Part shown: positions 27,073-38,667 of the stretch, in pieces
Layout of the letters: every line of letters starts with the position of its first letter
Position numbering within the stretch: the stretch's first letter is position 1
From: Podarcis erhardii
Taxonomy: Eukaryota
DNA length: 64,000 nt
Direction: 5' to 3' (one strand)
Assembly: GCA_964252035.1 (NCBI GenBank)
Contig: OZ176209.1
Position numbers and translations under genes: made by a program
The notes under the pieces: generated by a model
Database searches by the model: none
What the model saw: the letters and a program-made list of their open reading frames with translations, nothing else
Told to the model about the DNA's origin: nothing

Positions 27073-27799
27073 TATACAGGGAATGATGAATACAATAATA
27101 ATCTCTTTTGGGGGGGATGGATTACATTCATATTAAAGATTCCTCCTCTTAATAATTTACTGAAAAAAGGAACATGTACTTTATCTGGAAATGAAAGTGT
27201 TTGAATAAATTGCAGACCCAGTATTTGAATTCCAGCTGCTTCACAATTTGAAATTAACTTTGTTAATACCTAGGTATCTGTATTTTCTTCCCATTAATTT
27301 GCACATAGTAAAAGCTAATTATATTTTAACAAATATTTTCTACCATGAAATTACAAATGGCCCCAGTAGCACCTTTTCTGCTTCAGTGCCTCAGCATTTA
27401 TACACTCCATTGCCAAGGGAATGGCAAGCTCTAAACACACACACTTAAAACCTATTTAGCTAACATCACAAATTTCAGTGGTAACCCATCAGTTTCAAGT
27501 ACAAATATGACACATTGGAAAATATTTTTAGCATATGTAAAGGGGTTCCATAGCACTGAAATCAATGTGGGAAAGAGTTCCCTGAAGTTAGAAAGCCTGA
27601 AAACAACTGTGTTGCTGCAGATCATCAACAAAATACTGACATCAAGAAAACAATGAGCCTTAAACTTACACGCCTGGTTTGCACATTAGTGCTAATACAC
27701 AGCATGTTGGTGCAACATGGCTGCAACTGTGGGTGCTTCATTCCCTGCTTGTTCCTGCCATGCTGCTAAGCGTTATGTCCAGATCCAGACTCATGGTCT

Positions 27800-28006
27800 G
27801 TTTCTGAGAGCAATCCTCGCAGAGGCTTGGGAGGGAAGCTGCGCGCCCGCCAACCATATGGTTGGTGGGGCGCAGCTGGCGGGCGTGCAGGGAAAGGGGA
27901 GGCCGCTGGCAAAGCCACACAGCTCTTCCACTCGCTGGGGAGTGCCCTGAGAGGCCAGTGCCCTGGTGCAACGCACCACTAAGCCCTATAGGAAAGACGG
28001 CTCTGA
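27800..28006. mobile_element. GC-rich hAT-like non-autonomous fragment
   Basis: Right end reads cagagccgtctttcctatagggc on minus, resembling recalled cagggccgtct-type hAT termini. The left end is uncertain. Confidence 0.4.
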
Positions 28007-28250
28007 AGAAAACACACTATGTCAAACCATGTGCTTGTTTCTCAGCAGCCTGGTAGGAGGGAGGGGGAGCACACTGCATGTACACATTATAAACCATACT
28101 TGATTTAATGTGATATGCAAAGAAAACCATGGTCACCATTTAGCCAAGACATAAATTTCAATTGGACTTCATCACCTTTGTGTAGAAATATGTCATTATA
28201 TCAGGGCTTTTGAGTCTAAGTCTCAAGTTAAAGTTCCAAAAAGAATATGG

Positions 28251-28502
28251 TACAGTCGTACCTTGGAAGTTGAAAGGAATCCGTTCTGGAAGTCCGTTTG
28301 ACTTCCAAAACGTTTGGAAACCAAAGTGTGGCTTCTGATTGGCTGCAGGAAGCTGCTGCAGCCAACTGGAAACCACAGAAGTCCAGTCAGACATTCGGCT
28401 TCCAAAACAGTTCGCAAACCAGAAGAGTCGCTTCTGGGTTTGCAGCGTTCGGGAGCCAAAACGTTCAAGAACTAAGCTGTTTGAAAACCAAGGTACGACT
28501 AC
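28251..28502. mobile_element. Tc1/mariner MITE (family A)
   Basis: TACAGTCGTACCTTGG ... CCAAGGTACGACT; internal similarity to 5181-5436. Confidence 0.85.
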
Positions 28503-30314
28503 ATGTTTTCATAAGTACCAGCATTCATTTCAATTACTAAACCACATGTCTAGACCACTAAAAAGAAGCTAGCAGAGAAAACTGTATTATGTTCTACTAC
28601 AAAAAAGCTAGATGTCCTTAATTGTCTGTCTGGCATTAAACCTCTGACAGAGAGATGCTTTCAAAACTGGACAGTATGTTCCTGTGACTAAGAAGCAAGA
28701 GATAGGTCCAAGCCAAAGGAAAAGATTAGATGGTTCCCCCCTACCCTTGTATGGTCACATTTGCCTGCTTTTAGTGCTCTACACAATGAGCTAACAGAAC
28801 TACCTCTGTGGTTGGGCCTCTGAACTTATATAAGTGGGGAAAGTTAAGAAGATGTTGCTACATGAAATGCAGACATCTTGAAAAGCACTTGCTTTAACAG
28901 GAATAGAGGACAACATATCCTTTATCCTAATAATGGTGAGGAAAGTATGTAAGAGTACTGAGGGGGATCGCATGGTATCATCCAACACCAATTTCTCTCT
29001 TTTATAGGTTGTCTTTCCTGCTCTTATAGGCTATTATTGAAGCTAACCAGATTCCCTCTTATGTAAGGTTTATAAAACAGTATCAACGCCTGTTTCGATG
29101 CAAGGTTAGAAGGCAACCCTAGACAGCACAGAAATAACTAAACAGACCTCAAGAGTCCCAAGTGGAATGCAGTGAGTAAATACAAAATATTACTTTTCAT
29201 CATAATTCTAGTGACAAGCTAGATATTTAAATTAATCAATCTGGATGCCCTTTTATTTCTGATCAAAACATATTCCAGAAGCAGATTTATAAAAGGCTGC
29301 CACAGAGACATTTAGTCAGATATCACATTATTCTTCCTACTGAGAAGAAAGAAGGCACTGTTCTCTGATGCAATTGATTTCATCAAACTGTAAGACATAT
29401 GAGAATAAATTCTTACCCTGACCACAATTTTTCTACTTCATTCTATAAAACAGAGCACATGTCATATTTTTTTCCCTAACAAGTTGCAGACAAGCTGACT
29501 GACAGCAGAACTTGAATAGCTAGAAGAACTAATAATTGAGGCTGGCAACATTAATCAGTTAAAGTAAACTGACATGTAGGATTTAGAGGGGACTGTTCTG
29601 GCAGCACCCACATCGCAAATGTAGTATCTACTTGTACTCTGCTATAATGTCATTAAATGTTCATAAATATTAACTTCAGAAGGAGCCAGTAATCGGGATA
29701 TGACAATCAGCACAGCTACTGAGAAAGCAAAGTCAACATGAGCAAGAAGGAAACACTTATGTAGAGCCAAAATAAAAATAAAAATGAAGAGATTGAAAGC
29801 AAGGGGGTAGAAGACTAGGACTAAATATTGCTAGGTTTAAGGACTTGTTAAAAAACATCTTATTTTAACATATTTTGCCACAAATCAGTAAAACCTGTGA
29901 GCTTGTGTTTTGAGTAATTTAACTAATGGGTATACACACACACACAATTAACCATGTTGTCTGGGGATAATGGGAATCCAACAACGGATTCCCCATCCCT
30001 GCCTTATGTAATTAAGTCTGTCCCCTTCAATCTGTATGTCCTACTATCTGCTTTTACTTGTTCCATCTGGCCCAGTCGCCTTTTACTTACTGTCATGCTT
30101 CACTCCCTCTTGTGTTCGCTTGTCTCCTCCTTCAGCTTCACTGAAGTCCCTTAACCCTTTTCCATGACCTGTCTGAACCATAAAACTTCCACATCCTCTT
30201 GATTAAACTTCAATTTCTTAAAATTCTAGCCTCTTAATTTTCTTGAATGTGAGCACTGGAATATAACCCACTAAAATGAAAAAATTCAAATGCTGAGCAC
30301 AGTATAAAGGATAT

Positions 30315-30415
30315 CATTCCAAAACCAGAAAAACCATGTCACATACATCCAGAATTTTGTTGCTAGGTAGATTCCAAGGGGCAGTGCACTATGCATTGAA
30401 TGATCAAAGAATGAT
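30315..30415 (-). CDS. ZDHHC17: ZDHHC17 exon 10 (K/SFFDHSMHSALPLGIYLATKFWMYVTWFFWFWN)
   Basis: cgcAG acceptor, ATATCCTT U12 donor, 101 nt. Confidence 0.96.
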
Positions 30416-31989
30416 CTGCGAAACAAAGAACATAATAGGTTATTAAATATTCAAAAATGGGTGTGCTAGCTCATTCACAAACAAGTAAATATAGCCTTAT
30501 TTTTAAAAAACAAAGAAGCAAACACTAGAGCTTTAAATAACCTGTCCATTTGCTACAAAAGGTCTTAATAATCTAAATTACTCAACAACCAGCAAGCACT
30601 TTTTTACACCTCAGAAAGTTGCAAGAGTTCATAATTACTAGGTTCAGAACATGAATCTGTTCAGTTTGTAATGTTCAAATGAAGAAGATTTTATATATGC
30701 ATGACCAGAGTTCAGGATGGCCAGGCTGCTTTGTAAGCATGTTCACCAATGTTGTTAACCACTACATTAAATTATTAATTTAAATTACGTGACCACCTGA
30801 ACAGACAGATTTTAATTTTTTGTTTGTTTGTAATTTTTGCTTTTTAGGTCAATTTTCCCAATTGTTACTTGCATACATATTACACATCCTGTCCCCTAAC
30901 CAGGTCTAAAACAGTTTCATACTCCTGCTTGCATGTGTTTTGTTAAAGTAGATTTGGAAATAAAGTTTTCTTCTAAAGCCACATTTTGACAGCAGTTAAA
31001 AATAAGGCTGAACAGCACACTCAGCAAAACTCAAAATGATAGTTATTTTAACAGACTTTGAAGAAAAAGCCAAACCCAGAACATGAGCTGTAGTAATATA
31101 ATCTCTTAAACTTACACAAGAGATTCCAGTGTTTAAAATATTTATCTGACATATGCTATATTACACTGACAATAAATAAATTTAAGATTCTCAACCATTC
31201 AAACTTTCTTTGTTTAATAATCTTACTACGAATGCATTTCTCTTTGCCATTAAAATTAGAGTCATTAAAATTAAGAGGCATATACAGGCTATCATTGTGT
31301 TGCACAGGGTTTCTGCTCTGTGCTTGTCAGTGGAGCCCGTGTAAGCCCACCCCACCCCTTTTGTGATGTTTTTGGGCTCCTTCCAGGTTCAGAGCCATGC
31401 ACATATGCACAATCAAGTATCATTCGAACATGCCTAAACTGGGCATTGCCTGTAATAATTCTTGTCTTTTTTAATCCACTCACTGAATACTAAGATCCCT
31501 TTTAAAAAATCCAAAAATATCCTCCTTAAAGAAGTCTGCTTATTACAGACCGTTACGTTATGGAAATAAAAGAGTAGGGTATTTTCATTTCTATAGAAAA
31601 TAAGCTAATCATTTTATAGAGGGATTTCAATATTTGGTTTGTGAAAGAGGAAACATTACTGTTGAGCAGGCAGACACATTTTCATACAACACAACTAGTT
31701 GATGATTCATAATGTGACTGATGTGGTATTTAATGTTGTTGTTTTTTGCTCAGAGATAAAATATGAATGCCACTTAAATCTAGCACAGTAGGTCTCCTAT
31801 AAACTAACTGGAAGGCAGGATGGAAGGGCATCAAAACACAATTTTCTTTACTTATCCTGAACAATCATTTAATGGAAAAGTGAATTAGGTAAAACATTTC
31901 CCCCCAAGAATGGGGCTTTTATAAACCTGTCAGTATTTTATGTAAAACCAAACTATCTACTCCAACATATTCACTAATTAAATACTTAC

Positions 31990-32132
31990 TTGGAAAGAAA
32001 TTGAACCATAGCCCAAACACCACCATACATTAGTCCTTTAATGAGCCAAGAATCGATATCAAGGTCGGCTATAAACCCAACCAGCCAAATAACTAGGAAA
32101 GGTGTTCCCAGCATCACCTTCTGACGAAATTC
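31990..32132 (-). CDS. ZDHHC17: ZDHHC17 exon 9 (EFRQKVMLGTPFLVIWLVGFIADLDIDSWLIKGLMYGGVWAMVQFLS)
   Basis: AG/GTAAGT boundaries, 143 nt. Confidence 0.97.
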
Positions 32133-32472
32133 CTACATAAAAAGACAAACAACAATTAATTAACCTGGATATTTATGAACTGTATAAAAAGTTAGTGCTT
32201 CATTTTAACACTCAGAAACTTCATAACAAGTTTAATATGTACAAAGAGGGGTTTATCTGCAAGACTAGGAAGGATCCTAGATTCAGAAAAAAATGCAAGA
32301 TGCCTAGGATTGGTCAATCATTTCTCACTGCAGTGAGAGGAGAATGGCAAATTTGGGGATGGGAAAGACGCGTAAACCCAAGACTCCCAATACCTCCAGG
32401 TACAAACTGTAGTGGGGTGTTATCTAAGCAGGGTCAGAAATTATTTTTAAAAGAACACATTACATGAGTCAC

Positions 32473-32598
32473 CTTATCAGCCCTCAGCTTTCTGAGAAAT
32501 GATGGATTGTCATATCCCTTTGCCTGCCTTGCCTCCTGTAGATGGTTTATCATCCAAACATTTTTTCTTTGCTTTGCTAAATCAAGTGGTGATTCACC
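32473..32598 (-). CDS. ZDHHC17: ZDHHC17 exon 8 (GESPLDLAKQRKNVWMINHLQEARQAKGYDNPSFLRKLRADK)
   Basis: AG/GTGACT boundaries, 126 nt, last ankyrin repeat. Confidence 0.97.
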
Positions 32599-34971
32599 CT
32601 GTCAAGAGTATGAAAGATTAACAATTTTAAAAAGGAAAAAAGCAAACAATTACACTTTTAGAAATAGTAACTTAAGCATTTAAAACTACTTAATAGTTTT
32701 AAAACATGTAATATTACTATGTTGTTCTTATAAAGCATTATTTTGGTTGCTAATTTATTTTATGCTATGGAGTTACTTTCTTCCAATCTTTTCTCAGTTT
32801 AATCAGTTTCATCAAATGAAATAAAATCTTTGCTATTTCTGTGTATTGCAACAATGAGTTCATTCATTATCCTTAGTGTGCATACGTAATAATTAATGGG
32901 AGATTAAAAGTTGCTTAGCTCTCTAGTTTGGAACAATTGGTTCTCTCTCAAATATTAACAAGCAGCAATATCCATTCATGGAATTTCACAAACAGTGAAC
33001 AATGCTTATTGCTTAGTTATCAATGCCATGTACATTCAGTTGATACAGATGTTCAATCTGTACCTCTTGTGGACTGCATGTGTAGGTGTGTATTCGATTG
33101 TTGTTCTGATGCACTTACATGCAGTGAAAAATCAAAATTATACTTGCTTACCCTACTCCTATGAGATTTTCACATTTTGGATTTAACACTTTGATGGGTA
33201 GAGTCCCACACACCTAGGTTCTATCAGCATGTTCTATATATCTTTTTCTGTGTACAGATTATACATCTGTAGGATTCTACGTATGTAAGCCCTAAACCAT
33301 GTGGTTGTTGGAAACCTTTGATGGGGACCCAAAGCTAATCAGGATTACTCAAATGCAAAGAGAGAGTGTTCCTCTTAAATTCAGGCATGCTCTCTGGCTT
33401 GCTTGCACTCAGCACTAAACAGGTGGTCCTGCTGTTTATTTTAGCATTGTTCCAGATTTAATGATGGTGGGAGATGCTTCAGAGAGAAGGTTGGCAAACC
33501 ACTCTCTGAGTGCCCCCTCCCTGTTAAACATCATGGAACACTGTAAAAAGCAGGGTGGGATGTGCTTCAGAAAGTGATTTGCGAAGCATTCTCTAAAGGT
33601 CCTCTTGCCCTCCTTTAATCATTGCTCCAGCAAGGGATTTTGACAGGTAGGTGAGGCAGTCCACCTGTATGCAGACGTAACATCTGCATGCGTGGATGTG
33701 ACATTAAAAGCACCTGAAAACAGGTAGGTTTCTCACAATTCACTAGTATTCTATACAACCACCAGTAAAAGTCTAAAAAATGAAACAAACTATTGTATTG
33801 ATTGCGGATACCTGATTGGCAGCTTGTACTATTCACCGAGCATTCAGAAGTACCTTTACTAGCCAAGCAATCAATGACTAATTTTTATAATCTCTTCCCC
33901 AATTCAGAAGGTTGAACAAAATGTCCTATAATAGGTACCTATCTACAGCTATTTTAGGCAAATGTGATTCTCCACTCCCCCCCCCCCCCAGTGCATGTAC
34001 TGCTAACAATTCGTGGTCGCTTCCCTGAGCAAGCCCCACCCACTTTGCGTAAAATAACAATGTCAAAGGACAAAGATATGTGAAGTTATACTCCAATTGC
34101 ATGAGTTCAGAGCAAGGTAATTCCTTTAGATCACTCTATTGTAGAAATCCTCCCTATCTAAAAAGCAAAAGAAAAACCCAAACTGAAAATTGCCTCACAA
34201 TATATGGGGTTGTACCCTAAATCTATCACAGTGATTTCTTACAGAACCTTACTGCTGATTTACACCTCAAGAAAGAAAGAAAGAAAAGGTTGTGACTGTT
34301 CTTGTAGTATAGAGGAGGCAAAAAACAACCAACTGAAGGTACCTCCAGCTCCAGTTTTGCACTCCTCCACTCTTCTACTGAAGGTAACTCCCCTCCTAAA
34401 CAAAGCATTCATGGAGGCTTGAAAAATGGCTGAATCCTCCATCGTTCGGCCCCCGCCTAAAAAAAAATGAGACAGGTACCAGAAACTGAAAAATCACCCA
34501 AGGAAAGGCAAATAGCCTTTGAGACAAGAGTACAATGCCAAAGGAGTACACGTTTGAATTCCATCATCAGTAGAGACTAGACACCTAATCAGAGTTAGGC
34601 ATTTAATTTCTATTGATAGGATTTGTGCACCAAAACCTTATGGGTGACTTGGAAATTTAGCCCAGTGATCATCACTGGGGAATTCGAAAGCAGCAAAACC
34701 CAGGCAACAATTTATTGGTCTCCAAAGGGAGAGTTTCCTTCCACCTGAACAGTGTATTGAAAAAGCTTAGGCCACAAAGATATCAATTTACCAAACAGGA
34801 CTTTTCCCAGCAGAAGCAAAAGAAATGAGCTCAAAAGCAGCTAATACCCTGCTAGTCATCCACTCATTTCCTACATTTGCACAGCTTTGGAAACCATTAT
34901 CAATGATACAGGGTGAGTCTTTTAAAAGAGGCCCCGTGGAACATGTGTACTCTGTATCCACAGGGCCTCTT

Positions 34972-35119
34972 NNNNNNNNNNNNNNNNNNNNNNNNNNNNN
35001 NNNNNNNNNNNNNNNNNNNNNNNNNNNNNNNNNNNNNNNNNNNNNNNNNNNNNNNNNNNNNNNNNNNNNNNNNNNNNNNNNNNNNNNNNNNNNNNNNNNN
35101 NNNNNNNNNNNNNNNNNNN
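34972..35119. other. Assembly gap (148 N)
   Basis: Run of N in ZDHHC17 intron 7. Confidence 1.
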
Positions 35120-36677
35120 TACAAATCAACTAACCAAATTTGAGGCTTCTCTCAATAATATGAAGCCATGAATGGGGAACCCTCCAGAGCAGATGGGGGG
35201 AGAGGGGCAGGGAATGGAGGACTGCCGAAAATTCCCTCCCTCCCAGTTCTGCTGACAGAAGCCTTATTGTCAGCTGTGGGAATAGATACAATAGGTGACT
35301 CTTAAAAGTAGAATTACAGGTTACTTTTAGAGGAATAACTAGAGTTGCAAAACCAAAGTTAAACGTAGATATGTATGCTTTTCTTTCAAATATATGGCAG
35401 GAAAAGACCACTATATATTAATTATGAATATGTACCATGTTCTATATCATAGCAAATGAGATCTGAATCACCAAAAAGCTTCCTAACATATGCTTCTAGT
35501 GTATATTTGTATTTTTACCTAGCAAGTTCTTTAAAGCCACTCCTGTAGCACATTCACTATTAGTATGCATACTTTCCTATTATTTTTCCTGGTCCCCCCT
35601 CCCCCCTCCCCCATAATCACAATATCCAAGATAAAAAGAAATAAAATTATATCCATACTCAGGCCCTAAATTAGATCACACCAAGATACCTCTCATATTA
35701 TTATTTTTTTTAAAAAGAGGTAGCATGCTTTTGCTCACTTCGGTGCCCTGATGTCTAACAAAGGCATAATACTGCCTGTTCAAAAAGAAATTTATGTTAC
35801 TGAAGTCATGATGAACTTGTTATCCAATCAAAAAGGCAGGCTTTTATTTTTAAGTGTTAGGTTTAAAAGTGTCTCAGAGGAGATGTTCCAGTAAAAACAA
35901 AGAATTCTGCAAGTTAAGGGCATAATTTATTATAAGACTTATCACGCCTTTCAGGGATCAAGGGGGGGGGGAATCCTTAAAAGGCTAAAGAATGACAGTA
36001 ACTTTATCCCTACAATTTCAGCTGAGTGTCAGAAGGCACAGCCAGAAATAAAACAACAGTTTAAAAAAAACGTTATTACTCCCCTCAAAGGATATACCAC
36101 AATTCAAGGGGAATGATCTGCCACCCTGTTGCAGGGCTTAAGATTCTACAGGCTTCCTCTTGTTACAAACAACCAGCAACATGTTTGTATATCTTACAAT
36201 TTAGAGAGGGGAAAAGAGAGAGAAAATACATAAACCCACCCCGAGGCCCTGGGACAGGCAGAAAGCTAAGATGATACTCATGAAAAAACTGAGATAACCT
36301 ACAGGGAAGAAGCTTGCCAAAGTACCCTACTACTCACTTGACTATTTCATTACATACTTCTATTATACACTGGCCAAGGTACCCAGCCATATGCCTAGAA
36401 ACTCCATGCTAAAACTAAAAACAGCTATTTGATTTCAACCCAATCAAATAGAAATGACGTTCCTGACAGCTTAAAAGGCAAATTCAGGCAGAGAGAACAT
36501 CCAACTTTTCACTCATTTCTCACCACAGCCTGGGGAAGTTTGCTTTTCTGTCAAATCCCTCTGATAACCACATGTAGTGTGAAACACAAACAAGAAACCT
36601 CACAGTCAATTTTAGGAAGTTTATTAAGGATGGTCGTAGGAGAACAAAGGGGAAAGGGAGAATGGTGATTTAGGAAA

Positions 36678-37037
36678 TACAGTGGTGCCCCGCAAGATGA
36701 AATTAATCCGTTCCATGAGTCTCTTCGTATAGCGGTTTTTTCGTCTTGCGAAGCAAGCCCATTGACAGCTTAGCGGATTAGCGCTATTAGCGGTTTAGCG
36801 GCTTTTAGCGGCTTATAGTGGCTTATCAGCTTAGCGGATCAGCTGATAAGCGGCTTAGCTGCTTAGAAAAAGGAGGGGAAAGGGGGAAAAAACCTGCAGG
36901 AACTCGCAAGACATTTTCGTCTTGCGAAGCAAGCCCATAGGGAAATTCGTTTTGCGAAGCGCCTCTAAAACGGAAAACCCTTTCGTCTAGCGGGTTTTCC
37001 GTCTTGCGAGGCGTTCGTCTTGCGGGGCACCACTGTA
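36678..37037. mobile_element. Tc1/mariner MITE with internal degenerate TAGCGG repeats
   Basis: TA-CAGTGGTGCCCCGCAAGA ... TCTTGCGGGGCACCACTG-TA. Confidence 0.9.
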
Positions 37038-37955
37038 AAGAAAACCTTTTTAGAAAAACAGGCTAAGTCTATGATCTGTATACTCACAAAGCTAGGGCCT
37101 TCATCATAAATAATGCAGCATCTTGGGTGGTCAGAGGGGAGGGTAATGGATGACAGAATGTTGGTAACATTCCAGTTTTTAGGGTTCTCAACCCAAGTAA
37201 GATTTGATTGACAGACGGCTTTAAACAGCCGATCAGATAAGTGGCACACAGCCAAGAAAGGTGTTACTACCTTTGGGAAGTTGGGAGATGGGGCTGATAC
37301 AACCTTAATGACTGCCAGATTTGGCCAACTTCCCTGCTAAATAACAGGCTCTCCTCAGTTTTTGTATTTGGACCTGGTGTGGAGCTACATGGTATGTCTG
37401 CCTCTATGTCAGCAGTGGCAGAGGGGTATGGCGGCAGCACTGGCCATACTGAGTTCTCCCACCACCAAACTCAAACACATCTTCACTGCAGCAGCAGTGA
37501 TGAGTTGCCTCACACCAGAAGCTGGCAGCACAACTACCACTAGGAGCAAGGCCAGTCCTACTACCAGAACCACCAAGAGTTCTCTTATTGTTAAGCAGGA
37601 GGTAAGGCTGTGCCACTGGCTAATACTGGCAAGGTCAGCTTGTAAGGTGTGGAACTTGAGCAGGGTATCCCAGAGGAGATGTCAGATGCAGTGTATATCT
37701 CACCTGTCACCTGGGAGCAGCCAGACTGCCTCAGTGGGGTAGATAGGAAGCACGGATCACTCCCAACAACCAGCTTGATCAATCACCTCCAACCCCTGAA
37801 CTGTGCTGCTTGGTCGTTTTAAGAACAACTGCTTAAGAATTAATGACTGACTTTGATTTCCCTCCCTCTTCGTTCCCCTTTTCCTTGTGCACCATATTTT
37901 TGTAGATTGCAAGCCTTTAGCCTTCTTTTAATTGATTTCATGTATGCCACTCTAA

Positions 37956-38309
37956 GGGACACGGGTGGCGCTGTGGGTTAAACCACAGAGCCTAGGACTT
38001 GCCAATCAGAAGGTCAGTGGTTCGAATCCCCGCGACGGGGTGAGCTCCCGTTGCTCCGTCCCTGCCCCTGCCAACCTAGCAGTTCGAAAGCATGTCAAAG
38101 TGCAAGTAGATAAATAGGTACCGCTCTGGCGGGAAGGTAAATGGCGTTTCTGTGCACTGCTGTGGTTCGCCAGAAGCGGCTTTGTCATGCTGACCACATG
38201 ACCCGGAAGCTGTACACCGGCTCCCTCGGCCAATAAAGCGAGATGAGCGCCGCAACCCCAGAGTCAGTCACGACTGGACCTAATGGTCAGGGGTCCCTTT
38301 ACCTTTTAC
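37956..38309 (+). mobile_element. Sauria SINE, near full length
   Basis: tRNA-derived head GGGACACGGGTGGCGCTGTGGGTTAAACC, B-box GGTTCGAATCC, tail GGGGTCCCTTTACCTTT; TSD TATG(C/T)CACTCTA at 37943-37954 and 38310-38321. Confidence 0.92.
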
Positions 38310-38520
38310 TATGTCACTCTAGAAGCCTTTTTAGCTGAAAAGCGAGCTACAAATCCTCTTAATAATAATGATGATCTTCAGTATCCTTTCCTCAAGAGAG
38401 GCAGTAGCATGGCAGTGGTGGGCACTGGGGAGGAAAAGGAACAGCAACAAGCAATTCTCTCTCCTATACTACCACCACTCACCCTGTGAAAAGCTACCAG
38501 CCCATCACACCTAGCACAAG

Positions 38521-38667
38521 AGATGGGATTACTTTGAGCTGGCAGTGGACCCAAACTATGCCATCTGCCTGCACTGCAGGAAGCAGCTGAGTAGGAGGAA
38601 GGTTCCAACGCATTGCATCTCCAGCAACTTTATAATGTACTTGCACAGGCAGCACCAGTCCTCTTGA
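38521..38667 (+). pseudogene. Decayed BED zinc-finger coding remnant (hAT transposase / ZBED-like)
   Basis: RWDYFELAVDPNYAICLHCRKQLSRRKVPTHCISSNFIMYLHRQH fits the W-x-x-F...CxxC...S-N...(H)LxxxH BED pattern. First His replaced by Tyr; bounded by stops. Confidence 0.65.

Larger units (their letters stand above)
26114..30314 (-). other. ZDHHC17: U12-type (minor spliceosome) AT-AC intron 10 of ZDHHC17, 4201 nt
   Basis: 5' end ATATCCTTTA (30314-30305), branch site TTCCTTAAC (26131-26123), 3' end AC (26115-26114). Joining G+AT restores the Asp of FWN-D-LNF. Confidence 0.96.

Noticed and set aside
26632-27131. ORFs with repeated peptide AAGCYPQPREPC
   Set aside because: Translation of the internal duplication of a non-autonomous transposon.
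34788-35143. ORFs containing X runs
   Set aside because: Artefacts of translating through the N gap.
37956-38040. tRNA-like A/B boxes
   Set aside because: Head of a Sauria SINE, not a tRNA gene.
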